A DNA stretch of 64,000 nt from Schmidtea nova (lineage: Eukaryota), in contig CM097883.1 of NCBI GenBank assembly GCA_044892505.1, positions 226,114,001 to 226,178,000 on the forward strand, given 5' to 3'. The first letter of the stretch is position 1, and each line of letters starts with the position of its first letter. The notes below the pieces were generated by a model. The model saw nothing but the letters and a program-made list of their open reading frames with translations. It ran no database searches and had not been told where the DNA came from. The position numbers were made by a program, and so were the translations under genes. Below, one piece after another: positions 38,332 through 51,235 of the stretch.

Positions 38332-38406
38332 CTGAAATAAAATATGAAGGGGTTTCTTTATATGTTTAATACAAATTTTAAAGGATAAGCAATGTTACAA
38401 ACTTAC

Positions 38407-38495
38407 CTATTTTCCCCTCTTTATCCAACTCTATATTCTTATTAACTATTTTGATAAAAGCTGTGATTTGTTTAGAAGTCGGTAAAGCGTCCGCT
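38407..38495 (-). CDS. Divergent RNGTT-like gene, exon 4
   Basis: ADALPTSKQITAFIKIVNKNIELDKEGKI matches [20 protein letters not shown]...ELIG; atctag| acceptor, G|gtaagt donor. Confidence 0.88.
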
Positions 38496-39479
38496 CTAGA
38501 TATTATTTATATATTTTTATTATATTGATTATTATTATTATTACATTTTTTGATAAATAAAATGAAAACTAGTCATAAAAATATGAATTTGTTATTGCAT
38601 GACTTGTAACATTTTTTTTCAGAAAATTTTCCAAAGTTTACATACACAAAAATATACTGACACTTAATTATTTATACCGACCAAAATATTATTTTATACT
38701 GATATTTTATTTAATAAAATACCGACCAATTATTAAAAAAAATACTGACCAAATAAATAAACCCCAATGATTATCATTATTTTATCCAAATATATGATAT
38801 AGCAGCAGGATAAAGGTCTTCATAGCTTTACAAGCATTTAGAAAAATATAACAATAAAAGTGTTCTGATAGTTTCTAAATAACTTTTTAGTCAATTTTAA
38901 GGAAATAGTGAAAACTGGTGGCCATAAAAAATAATTTATTAAATATTTTCAATTGCTGGGGGTCCTTTGATAGTTTTAAGCACTGTTACTTAAATTGGTG
39001 GTCCACGCACAGGTGTCACATCAAGAAAAGAAAGATTCTAGCTTAAGGCATACATTTATTTTTATCGAAACGTTAACTGCCACATTTTTATTTTTGATAT
39101 TTTTGGTGCCTTAGGGCTGTATATAAATTTATATGTTAAATATTTTTACAAGTTGAGCAACTTTGAAACAAAAAAAAATAATGTTGAAAACTAGAAGCTA
39201 TGTGTGATTAACGAATACGCATTTTATTTAATATAATCCTATTGCAAGTAAAAATAAATATTCAAATCTCCATTTAGGGATTGCCGTAGCAAACGGGCTA
39301 ACTATACTAACCATATAGTTGTACTCCACTTCTTACATATTTTAAGTAAATTTTAATATTGTCATAAATGTTGTTTAAATTAGTTAATTAAAAAAGTTAG
39401 ATTAGATATGAGGTCAGACTTGTCCTTTGTATCAAAATAATTTTTAACAATTCATAACTTAAAGTTTTATTTTTCAGGA

Positions 39480-40110
39480 GTCAATTTGATATTAAAAGCA
39501 GACAATTCAAAATCTATAACTTTAGGATCTTATAATGGAACAATCAGCTTACAAAATACCATTTACAGTTGCACACTCCAAGCATTCAAAAACCTTTTTA
39601 AACCACTGTTTATCGGAAAAGACTTACTCAAGCGACATTCTAAAATTCATCTAGATCGTGGAGGCAAAGAACACCCAATCACTCTCACTTGAACTAAAAC
39701 AATGAAATGCAATATCTATTCACTGACATCAGTGATAGATCATACCAAAATCAAACCAAATGCGATGCCCTCTCGTCACTCTTTAACCAACAATGACTAT
39801 ATAAATCATGAAATCAACAACTTTTTAAAAAATATATTATACATTAAAGTCAAAGTCCTTGGCAAGCCCAATGCGTCTTGATAAATAGGAACTTTAAACA
39901 ACAACTCGTGATAGCCTATTCAAACAGTCAACAGATTTGCAAAGTTGGACTCTTCGCATGTCACGAATAGATGATCATCTCAATAAAGCATCAAGACATT
40001 CAATCTTCAGTAAAGTAGATCTCAAATCCGCTTATCATCAGATCCCAACATGTCCCACGGAGTATTGTCTTACAGATTTCGAAGCTTGTTGTAAATCTTT
40101 TTAATTAAAA
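39480..40110 (+). pseudogene. Gypsy protease-RT relic (same family as 32919-35935)
   Basis: IGKDLLKRHSKIHLDRGGKEHPITL, SPWQAQC, FSKVDLKSAYHQIP; multiple disruptions. Confidence 0.65.
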
Positions 40111-40179
40111 AAACTGCCATTTGTATTTAAATCAAAAAGGAATTCCCTCGATCAAATGGCAAACAAATATAAAGCAGTT

Positions 40180-41250
40180 ACTTTTTTCTATTTTTTGAAA
40201 GAAAAGAAAACGCAGTAACAGCAGAAAACGGAGCAACTGATGTGAAAACAAATGATGATGAAGCTTCATAACAAGCAAAGGCCGGTTTTTCCATTTTAAG
40301 AAAAGGACTGCGATTCATAATGCCACTATTGTCAGTGAGGAAGCAAGGCAGATAAAGAAGTGTTTCATACTGTCATGAGGAATTTTAAAGAAATTTGGAA
40401 GAAGGTTGATATAAAGAAGAAAAAATATTCAATGTTGATGAGCCGAGTCTTTACTGAAAGAAATTACCAACATGAACTTTTAAAAGTAAAAAATGAAATA
40501 CCTTGCCAGTGATATAAAGTTTCCGAAGATCGCGTGACCTTTTATTGGGAGAAACGCAGTAGGCTATTTCAAATTAAAGCATATGGTGGTAGTTTATTCT
40601 GAAAATCTTAGAGATCATAAAAGCATGTCAAAGAAATCCCTAACAGTCTTTTAACGCTCTAACAAAAAAACATGGGTTACAAAGAATTTATTCGAATGTT
40701 GATTCACCAATTATTTTTACCTTGCAACAGAAAGCTATTGGAAGGAGAATAACCTGGATTTTGACATATTGTTTGTTTCGGATAATGCGCCAGGTAATCC
40801 AACTAAGCTTAGTGAAAACATAAGTAGGTTAAAGTAAATTTTCTTCAACCGACTTCTTTGATTCAACCTATGGACCAAAGGGTCATTGCACGTTAAAGTC
40901 CTGCTATTAGATTGAGTTATTTAGGTAAGAATAAGAAGCTAAAACAGATAAAAACTCACCAAATTCGATTGCATTTTGAAAATATTATAATATCAAGTAA
41001 TGTGTTAAAAATATTAATAAAACATGGATGGAAATTGCAAAAAACAATATGAGGGTAGTGTATAAACATCATACTTCGATGTGCAAATGATTTTGTTGGC
41101 TTTGAACTTTTACCTGAAGTCAAGAATAAGATCACAGAAATTTGAAGAATTAGATTCGACCAACCAGATTGACAGCATTACCCTCAAAACTGATGAACTT
41201 GAAAACGGAACTTTAATCAGTTTGGAAAAATAAACGAGTCTAGAAAGAAC
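40180..41250 (+). pseudogene. Tigger/pogo transposase relic
   Basis: IFNVDEPSLY*KKLP, VSDNAPG, TSLIQPMDQRVIA; boundaries approximate. Confidence 0.7.
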
Positions 41251-41599
41251 TAGTAAATCAAAAAAAAATTCTTTTTTCAAATCCATGCTTTATGCGAGCA
41301 GAACTCCACTTGGCTGAGAAATTTTTTTTTGTTATATTTTGTAGAAGGGAAAATTATATTACATTTTTCGTGTGTCCTCAAAAAAAATTTTTAAAAAAAA
41401 TTTGTTTTCAAATTTTTTTTCAATTTCCATGTATTGTCACCGGAAGTGAGCAAGTGTGCAAAATTTGAAGTGAATCGGTTGAGAGAAAAGCACTAAAAAA
41501 TTGATTTGTAATTTTGTGGCACACACATATATATAGAAAGCAACCTTATATAAAGCATGGAAAAAGAGGCCAACTTAGACAAAACAGATTTAGATAAAG

Positions 41600-42040
41600 A
41601 TTTACCTATAGAATTTGAAAAGGTTGAAGATTTTTCTCAATTCATTTTCAAATTTTATCCAAATGTGGATTGCCGAATCAGAGTTAGTTAAGCTTTCAAC
41701 AATGCAATGTACGAAGAAATGAACAAAAGAAATCCGCGCAGATGTCAATTTTGCAATACATCTGTGACGCCATTTGGTCTATGTTTTGATCTCTTATATC
41801 ATTTTATTTGTATCGGCTGAAATGTCACATACATTGGAGAAACTGTCCATAATCTCTGTACATGAGTTCAAGAGTAATTTTATTGAGCATAATAAGACAT
41901 ACAAGAAAATAATTGATATTTCCAATTTTAAAATATTGTCTACGGACTAAAAATTATTATGGACGTGTGAATTGTGAGGCTTTAATGATAAAATCATTTA
42001 ATTCTAAAATAAACATTCAAAATGCAATATTTACATGCAT
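41600..42040 (+). pseudogene. Penelope-like element GIY-YIG endonuclease relic
   Basis: IYHFICIG*NVTYIGETVHNL...NFKILS...CEALMIKSFNSKINIQ. Confidence 0.6.
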
Positions 42041-42392
42041 TTTAAGAGTTTTTAATTAATTTTACCAGTATTAATAAAATTTTTATTAATAAATGTATAA
42101 ATAGGATCAATTTTTATTTTATTGAAATTTTGGATTTGTTTATAGCACGAAGATGACAGCTAAAGATTCGAAAATTATTGCAAAAATATATTTTTAAAAA
42201 ATGGCGTTCTTTGTATTATTATTAATAATAATAATAAATAAATAATAAATAACAAAATAAGCCTTTGCTGCAATTTTTTAAAAATTTTTTTTATTATTCT
42301 TAATTATAATTATAATAAAAATTATAAAAATAAAATTAATATTCCATTTAGATATTGGAACAAAATATTCAAAGATTTATATGATAAATCAC

Positions 42393-42490
42393 CCAGGAAC
42401 TGTTATTTTAATTTGAAGAACATCTATCATATCATTTGACTTGTAGAATGGTTCCGAATCAATTAAGTCTATCATCAGTACTATTCGGTA
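42393..42490 (-). CDS. Divergent RNGTT-like gene, exon 3
   Basis: YRIVLMIDLIDSEPFYKSNDMIDVLQIKITVP-GG| matches [21 protein letters not shown]...IKLQCKG; 45-bp intron upstream; phase-2 donor fits exon 4. Confidence 0.85.
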
Positions 42491-42535
42491 CTAGATCATT
42501 CAATGAATCAAATAATATATAATAAAAACTTGTAC

Positions 42536-42639
42536 CATATCAGCTTGATCTATAAAGAAGTCAACATTAAATGTACTGGCTTCTGGAACGGAATCTTTAT
42601 ATCTTTCATCAAGAATTGTTTTCATTGGATAAAATAAAT
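42536..42639 (-). CDS. Divergent RNGTT-like gene, exon 2
   Basis: (D)LFYPMKTILDERYKDSVPEASTFNVDFF matches [29 protein letters not shown]; atttag| acceptor, phase 1. Confidence 0.88.
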
Positions 42640-43047
42640 CTAAATATATGTGTTTTTAATCAGTGCTCCATAAAAATGAGTATTTTGTTTAAGAATTTCT
42701 AGTAATTTTACATGATTATTAATAATAGAAACCATTTCATTTGTTTTATATTTAAGAAATTCAAAGAAATCTTATCCAAACTTAAGATCTAATAATATGG
42801 TAATGCTATAACAAATCATTGCCCATATTTATAATGAATATTCTCATCAAATAATTATAGTCTGTTGATTATTCCAAGTCTCAATAATAAAAATCTGTCA
42901 CCGATTTCAATTCAATTATTTTCAAATAACTGATTCTGATCTCTAATTTTCGTCATTTTTAATCTTTTTGCGAATTCTTATAATTTCATGTTTTCAGACA
43001 ATAGATCTAATCAACATTTTCCTTCAATTTTTATATTTTTTTTTGAC

Positions 43048-43142
43048 ACAACCTTTATCAAGTGTGTATTTAATAATATACACTTAATAAAGGCTGTGCA
43101 GAAATATCGTGAACCAACAACCAAAAAAATTTGATCTATATT
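43048..43142. repeat. Third, degenerate copy of the hairpin/hammerhead-like repeat
   Basis: CACAACCTTTATCAAGTGTGTATT-TAAT-AATATACACTTAATAAGGCTGTGCAGAAATAT...TTTGATCTATA; inverted junction at a different point than copy 1. Confidence 0.65.
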
Positions 43143-43431
43143 CATTAAATTATTTCTATGAAAAGTATTGATTTGAATATTTATTTATATTAGTTGGGAG
43201 AAGTGTGAACTCCCGAACAAAAGAAATTAAGTAATCGATGAGTCATAACCAATCAAAATCAAGTGACTCATACTTTACTTTTACACACCCTCATAAATCA
43301 TGATGTCATCGATGACGCCATATTATAAATTTATACATTATGTAATCGATAATGTAATACCAAAATTTTATATTAATGTCAAGGTCAAACTTTTAAGATC
43401 AAACTTTTTTTTAAAAAAATTCATAAGTTCT

Positions 43432-44460
43432 CAATTCGAATGAAAATTATCAAAAGGCAAGCTGGTAGTCCCTTTTTCATTTATATTTAAGACTGAAAGT
43501 CAATGGTGTAACTAAGAATTTTGGACTTAGACATAAAACTTTTCCGGGACCCTTCAATACACGAAAAAGGATTTTTTCTATTTATAAAAAAATATCAAAA
43601 ACCTTTAAAAAATTTAAAAACTACAAAAATTTTTAAAAAGTCAAAACTGATATTATCAACATTTATGAAACTACAACTCTATGCTAGTCTAGCGCTATCT
43701 ATTCTCCAAATCGGTGTTATAACTTCTTTGGGATCGATTTTATATCCTTGGATTGTTATATTGAGAATCCAATTTTCGTAATTTTTATATTCTAGTGATT
43801 GAAAAGCATCTTGATTTTGCGAATATTATTTATTGCGATTGTTGATGAATATATTTTCGCTGCAAGTGAAATTTTTATTGATATTCTTCAAAACTTTGTT
43901 GACACTTACAAACATCTTGTTTATATATTTTCCCAATCAAGTTTGAATATTGCGACTTGATTAATTTGACTGGGTTGATGAATTTATATTCAATTTCCAT
44001 TTCAAAGAAAAACATTTGATGTTCATGAAACATTTTAACGGACTTGACATTTTGGTTTAATCCTCTTGTCATTTGAGTTATCAAACATTTTCATGATTGG
44101 ACTAGATTTCTGGTAACGGAAAACAGATTGAATTTTATGATTATCACAAATTTTGTTCTGTTATTTATACTCACTGTTGTTTGTGTGTAGCCAATCAGGT
44201 TCATGCATTTGTATTAAACATTGCATGTATGTGTTGCGCATGTAAGAAAGTTCATGACCTTTGTTCTTGTGTATGTATAACTTTTTGAGTAATATTAGGC
44301 ATCTGTATTGCATATGTATTACATCTCTACTGCAATACTTATAAATACTGGTCAAAAACTTATTATTAAAAAATTACTTTTCATTGAAATAATTATTTTT
44401 AAAACAAAAATGCAAGTCTTAAACAAAAACTACTTAAACTAAATAAAAAGATGTAAATTA
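43432..44460 (+). repeat. ~1-kb unclassified repeat, copy 1 (inverted partner at 48770-49850)
   Basis: Shared blocks such as AAAACTTTTCCGGGACCCTTCAATACACG and CTAGATTTCTGGTAACGGAAAACAGATTGAATTTTATG recur as reverse complements; ends approximate. Confidence 0.8.
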
Positions 44461-44760
44461 AAAGACTGTCGAATCTATAGAAACTTATCATATTGCTGTT
44501 ACAGATTAGTAGATCCTCGTCTTGATTGTATCTCTATTGTAACTAAATATTTAATCAATACTAATTATAACTCCTAATAAATATTGACATAACTTATAAA
44601 AAAACTGACATTTCATAGAAAGGAAGAAATGAACAACAAATTTTATGGTTTTTTCAAATTTTATTCAAATACAAAATTGCCGCCATAATGTTATAAGAAT
44701 TATAATCAAATAATATTACAAAAAGATATATTAATTATTATAATAGAAAAATTTATTTTA

Positions 44761-44762
<2 letters not shown>

Positions 44763-44839
<77 letters not shown>
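44763..44839. repeat. (ATT)n microsatellite
   Basis: About 25 ATT units. Confidence 0.95.
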
Positions 44840-44840
<1 letters not shown>

Positions 44841-44899
44841 GTTGGATATTTAAATTAACTTGTGTTTAAATAATTGATTATTTGGCACTTTTTTATACG

Positions 44900-46944
44900 A
44901 TTAAGGAAAGATTTAGCTGAAGTTATAAATTCAGGACGATCAGAAAAAGATATTGTTCAAAATCTCATCGAAAATAAAGCACGCGATGCGAGACTAAGGG
45001 AGATATTGTTGACAAAACCAGAAACAAAAACTTAAGAAACAAGATCATTGGCAAAGAATTTTGAGTAGCAAAAATGGAAGCAATAAAACTGAATTTATTA
45101 AAGAAATTGGTAAAAAGAACATATGCTAGCGTGATTGAGGGAGGGGAGATGAGAATTCAACAGAATACTCAAGATACCAGACATACAGCATCAGAAAGAA
45201 GACTATCAGAAGAGCCATTTAGTCATCACAGACCAAGAAGAGACGAATATCCTATACGCAAATCAATACAATACGAAGAAAATAACCGCGGTCGATGAGA
45301 ACAATCTTTGAGAAACGTGAGAATCCAAGATGGCTCAGAAAGGAAACTGCGAACAATTTTCAAGAAGAATATAGCAAGAAGACTCTATAACGAAAGTAGA
45401 GGACTACCCCAAGCATCGGCTCCAAAATAACACAGTGGGGATTATTTTAGCTGTGGCGAAAGGGGACACAGAAGATATGAGTGCCAACTGGGAAATAAAG
45501 GCCTGATATGTGGTAAGGAGGGACACGAGTTCGAGATTGTTTTTCATTACGGAAAGAGGTTCCCAGTCGATTTCAAAGAATTGCGTGCATAGAAGAAGAA
45601 GATTCCAAATCTGAAAGAAGAGATTACACCGAAAACAGCCAGGATTTCAGAATGGCTCACAGCGATATGAAAGATAGATACAATGTTCCTGAGAAATATA
45701 CTACATTGAGAGAAGACGGAAAATCATCAGCTACTCCATGGGTTTCATTTCGTCGGTGGAGTCAGGACAATAAATTGTGAAAGAAGAAATGAACGAAGAA
45801 GAGACGAGGCAGAAGAAGAGATGTATCAGACGAAGGATGGAAGAAGTTGGAGTAAATTAATGTTGAATAATGCAGAAGTATATATGTTATGGGACTCTGG
45901 GGCGTCAGTAACAGTCGTGAGCAAGAATTTGTGAGAGAGAATAGACATATCAGACCTTCAACGTAGTACTATATTAGAATGCGGAGTGTTTTCAACTGGA
46001 AGTGAAAAGGCAATGCGATATATAAATATACAGGCCGCATGGAATCAGAAGACCAAAATTATCACAGTAGTGGTTGTAAAAGAGATCAAGCCCGAATTCA
46101 TAGGGGGTATTGATACAGTGAAATAGTTTGGAATAAAGTTATTGAAGATCAATAATATAGAAACAAAATCCACATTGATGAAGAATAAATAAAGCTCTGA
46201 TGGTGATGGAAAGTGAGAATAATAAAGACATTGAAGGAATGATCAGGAAATACGGCGGAATCTTTATGGCATCGAAATTTGATCTGGGATTTACAAATTT
46301 AGTTTGACATGAGATGCTGATAACACGAGGCCCAATAATGCAACATCTTCGACGTCAACCAATGGAGAAAAAGATTGAAGAACTGATAAAAGAGTTAACG
46401 AAAGCAAATGTGATTCGGTGTTGCAAGAGTCCTTGGAATGCACCGTTAGTTATAGTAGGGAAGAAAGATGGATCCATTAGGATGTGTGTAGACATTAAAT
46501 GCCATAACAGAAAAGGAATCATTTTCGATGCCAAATACCAAATTCTTACTAGACTGTCTTGCGAATGCAAATATATTTTCGTCAATTGATTTAGGCCAGG
46601 CGTACTATCAAGTAGAGTTGGCCCAAGAAATTCAAGAAATGACTGCATTCAGTACAAGAGAAGGACAATTTTGCTTTAATAGATTACCGTTTGGCTTAGC
46701 AACAGCCCTTGCGACATCCCATAGAGTGATGCACAAAGTACTAGAAGGAATGCTATTCAAAGGAGAAGTTGTTTATCTAGATGATATTTTGATATATGGG
46801 AAATGTCAAAAAGAGCTAGGGGAAATATTTAGAAGAATCCAAATGGCAGGACTGAAGATAAATCCAGAAAAATACGAATTCAATAAAACAGAATTGTTTT
46901 TCCTTGGGCACACAGTTAACGAGAAAGGTATCCAGACAAACTGA
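44900..46944 (+). pseudogene. Degraded Gypsy gag-pol
   Basis: gag knuckles CGERGHRRYEC / CGKEGH, protease DSGASVTVV, RT WNAPLVIVGKKDGSIRMCVD, RLPFGL, YLDD; many stops. Confidence 0.8.
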
Positions 46945-47164
46945 AAGAAAGTTGAAAAGATCGAGAAAGTAGAAATACCAAATTGTTTGTTTCAATAATA
47001 AATATTAAATCAGAATTCAGTAGAAATAAAATATCCAACAAAAAGTAGGAAGTCAATTTGAAAGAATTTCGTATTTCGGATAAGAGTCTTTTTAAGACCG
47101 AAATATTCAATTTAATAAACATTGCTGAGAAATGCCTAATACTGTTACCTTATTATTATATTTT

Positions 47165-47752
47165 AATAAACTCTGCTAACGACAAAACAATTTATATTTA
47201 TCATCACTGCATTTTTGAGTGAAATCAAAAGAAAAACATAACCATGTGAGATTTTAATTGCATGTTAAAATGATTTCAGAAGGAAATTCCGATTATTATG
47301 GTATACCTGTCTTGCAAGAAAGTCAATAACTATGGCATTTCTAGGATGTTTAAAAACATCTATATATTGAACATTCAAATTACGAGTTCAATGGGATCCA
47401 CCTTGATGAAATAAATTTTGAATAATAAAAATAGCTGTAACATCCTTAAGTTTAGCGATTTTTGTAAATAAATTATTAAAATCTTTTTCTTTATTCGCTT
47501 CTTGATACAAGTCGTCAATAATAATCACATCACCACTTCGCAATCTAGACAACCAATTTTTATCGAATCCCTTTATTATCGTCATTTTAATATAACAGAA
47601 TTGATCTTGATTCGTTCTATATTCATCATCAGCTCCCCTATACCAAATTTTGATTTGAACAATTTTGATTTTAATAATTTACAAGCAAATAAAATTTTAC
47701 CACTTCCACTTGGACCAAGAATTTGATAAACTGCATCATTTCTTAATTCCAT
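47165..47752 (-). pseudogene. Polinton/Maverick DNA-packaging ATPase (A32/FtsK-HerA type) relic
   Basis: ATG at 47752: MELRNDAVYQILGPSGSGK (Walker A), VIIIDDL (Walker B), FIIQNLF, *TRNLNVQYIDVFKHPRN, LARQV, HGYVF; frameshift and stops. Confidence 0.85.
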
Positions 47753-47852
47753 TTTCAAAATATTACTTGTTTAAAGTTATTGTTTATATTTGTTGTAATT
47801 CATTGTTATACTTTTATGAAAATTATTTGATAAATAATTATTTTGTCAAATA

Positions 47853-48270
47853 ATGTTAAGCAACATAAATTACAAAGGAAGATGTTCTGTTTCTCATGGG
47901 AAATTTCCAAAAAACAATAGGAGCGGAAGTATCCAGTTATATTTTTAAAGTTGGCTAAATGTAGAATAATGGGATGTAAACAGTCGCTTAAATTTGAAGA
48001 TTTATTATATGAAGTAAGTGATCTGCAAATATAATCAATTACAGTTTCCATATATATTGGAAAATGTGTCAATTTACATGAATTATCACGAAATCTTGTA
48101 TGTCAATATAAACCCGAAATATTTCCGACATTGAAATATATAAAGTATAACCCCTTATGTTTCAACATATTTAAGTGATAAAGTAGTTATAATTGGTATA
48201 AAAACGTTAAACTAATGTTTTGGTTGACGAAATTATTAACGGTGATTGTGGACGTGGAATTTTTAAAAAT
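47853..48270 (+). pseudogene. TATA-binding-protein (TBP)-like gene relic, divergent from the ATPase
   Basis: MLSNINYKG...PVIF...KCRIMGCK...I*SITVSIYIGKCVNLHELSRNLVCQYKPEIFPTLKYIKYNPLCFNIFK/SDKVVIIGIK parallels the TBP repeats (IQNMVGSCDVKFPIRL...YEPELFPGL...LIFVSGKVVLTGAK); two frameshifts and a stop. Confidence 0.7.
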
Positions 48271-48338
48271 GTTATTACTCATTACATAATTACGTAGTTA
48301 AATGCTTGATTTTGGTTGGATGATAATGTGTTCAAATA

Positions 48339-48341
<3 letters not shown>

Positions 48342-48398
<57 letters not shown>
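48342..48398. repeat. (TA)n microsatellite
   Basis: About 28 TA units. Confidence 0.95.
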
Positions 48399-48400
<2 letters not shown>

Positions 48401-48769
48401 TTTGTCATTTTCATTATATTTATATTTAAAAATGTCTGTCTTATCTAATCGTTAAAATATTCATTCAGTTTAAATAAACTGAATGCCGTTCTTATTTCAA
48501 AGATAGAGGATCTCTATTCGAAATTGATACGAAAACTTGTATACTGCGCTCCAAAACTTCGGCCATATAAAATTCATGCAAGTACATGAATCGATCTCAA
48601 AAAAGTCTTGGTAAATCATTTACGCAATCAATATCAGGATCTTCCAAGCTGCAACAGCAATACGATAGTGCATATAGATGCGACCCAAAATACCATAAAT
48701 AGTTACTCCGAAAGGAGTTGAAAAAATGTTAAATGTTATTTTAATACATAGTTTTGTTTAAAAATTGCT

Positions 48770-49249
48770 TTTGTAGTTGCATCTTTTTTAGTTAGTAGAC
48801 TTTAAGTAATTTTTGTTTAAGAATTTTATTTTTTGTTTTAAAAGTAATTATTTGAATGAAGTATTTTTTTAATAATAAGTATGTGACAGTATTTATAAGT
48901 ATTGCAGTAGAGATGTAATACAGATGCAATACAGATGCAATGCAGATGCCTAATATTACTCATAAAATTATAAATACATTTGAAAAAAGGTCATGAAATT
49001 TCTTAAATGCGCAACACATACATGCAATGTGTAATACAAATGCATGAATCTGATTGGCTACACACAAACAATAGTGAGTATAAATAACATAACAAAATTT
49101 GTCATAATCATAAAATTCAATCTGTTTTCCGTTACCAGAAATCTAGTCCAATCATGAAAATATTTGATGACTCAAATTACAAGAAGATTAATCCAAATGT
49201 CAAGTTTGTTCAAATGTTTCATGAACATCAAATGTTTTTCTTGGAAAAA

Positions 49250-49326
<77 letters not shown>

Positions 49327-49850
49327 TTAATCCAGTCAACTTAGTCAAGTCACAATATTCAGACTTGACTGGGAAATAGTTGTTGTATGTGTCAACAAGG
49401 TTTTAAGAAAAATCAATAAAAACTTCACTTGCAGCGAAAATATATTCATAAACAATCGCAAAGCACGTTTTCATGATGCCTTTTATTCACTACAATATAA
49501 AGATGACGAAAATTAGTTTCTAAATATTACGATCCAAGGATATAAAATCGATCATAAGGAAGTTTTGACACAGAATTTGAGAATGGATGGTGCTAGATCA
49601 ACTTAAATTAGCAAAGAGTTGTATTTTAATAAATTTTGATAATATCAGTTTTGAATTTTTAAAAGATTTTGTAGTTTTTAAATTTTTTAAAGTTTTTTGT
49701 ATATTTTTATAAATAGAAAAACTCCTATTTTTCGTGTATTGAAGGGTCCCGGAAAAGTTTTATGTCCAAAATTTCTAGTTTCACCATAAATGAAAAAGCT
49801 GCTACCAATTTGCCTTTTGATGATTTTAATTTGAATTGAGTTACAAAAGC
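48770..49850 (-). repeat. ~1-kb unclassified repeat, copy 2 (inverted), with an internal (TA)n expansion at 49259-49322
   Basis: Reverse complement aligns with 43432-44460 with indels. Confidence 0.8.
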
Positions 49851-51235
49851 TCACCATAGACGTGCATGACAAGTGTGAACGTAAAAAACCAATAGTCCAA
49901 GATATATTTGTCGGGACTCCAGGACAGTTTCCTTACCATCATAACGTAGAGAATAATTCGTCTACTCTGTCAAACAATCTATTTAAAATTAAAATGACAA
50001 AGAAAATTATCAAACTTTCCAAAAGATTAATAGAGCCTATATTAAGAACTATATCTTAATTTTTAATTACTTGATTTCCCCGTATATACCCCTCAAGCGG
50101 TCATAACCCGTACCCTCACTTATCCATTGAATTTTAACCAAACCAGTAAAGAAAAATTTATATTACTCGAAACCTTATAAAACTCTTATTTCCTGCGGAG
50201 TTTGTATGGTAAATTACAGCCCACGGGATATGTGCAGTAAAATGCGGTAAACATGTCTGAATGATAATTACGGTAATTACGTTTGTATTCTTTAATGCAA
50301 AGTGTTTTCCCATTCATATATTATGCAAAACATTATTATATAAATAGGTGGCACTTTTTATCTTGCACTCGATAATCTGACAGTCTTGTTATCCGTCACA
50401 TTTTTAACTTCATGGATTATATTATGCGTTGACTACTCTCGTTTATCCGGCACTCTTATTTTGACACTGGTGGTTTTTTGTCTAAGGGAACAGAGATTCC
50501 TTCTCTTTAGTCCGTTGTCAATGATTGGGTATCATATTGTATATCAGTTTCAATGCAGTATGAATTTTTGCTAATTTATGAGTTAAATGCAAGCTATTTG
50601 CAAGTAATGACAATCACGACTTAACGCCAGCCCTTTAGGGAGCCAGCAAAAGCATGCAACATTCAGTGCTGAAACGAACCATAATAGTAAGTTACCTGCG
50701 GGATCAAATCCATAAATATATATTCATCCTTGAAAATGGAGCGACAGTGCTGATTTAAAGATAATTATTAACGAAACTTTCTATTTGCTAACAGTCACTA
50801 CCAATCCATTATGCCCTCTTCACAATCTTGAAAAGTCTTTGCCTTTCTTCATCAGTTCTTTATTTTTATAACATTGCTTATTGAGAGATTATAACTGGAC
50901 AAGATGCAATTCTTCGAAGAAAATCAATTTGGCAATGAACGCATTCAGTTTCATCAAATTAGGTCAGTTCTTAAAGTTCCCGTTAAGTTGAACCACCGCA
51001 TAACTAATCAATCCAAACAAAATTTTAGCTGTTCCCCTTTTGTTAAATAGCATCTGAAATAATGTTTGGATTGTATAGTTATACGGTATTCCGCTTTACG
51101 ACCAATAGCTTAAAGGCGCACCTAGGTCATAAAAGGGTGTATAAGGACTATTAAAATGAAAAATTAAATTTATTTATTATGACTTTATTTCAAAAATAAT
51201 ATATTATATTAAATTTAAGAAGCAATTATTAATAC

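Noticed and set aside
41340-41560. Possible Helentron/DINE-like 3' end
   Set aside because: Only a general resemblance; sub-TIRs and hairpin could not be defined.
42780-42950. IGDRFLLL-like peptide as an extra RNGTT exon
   Set aside because: Multiple stops, weak similarity, and exon 1 splices cleanly to exon 2 without it.
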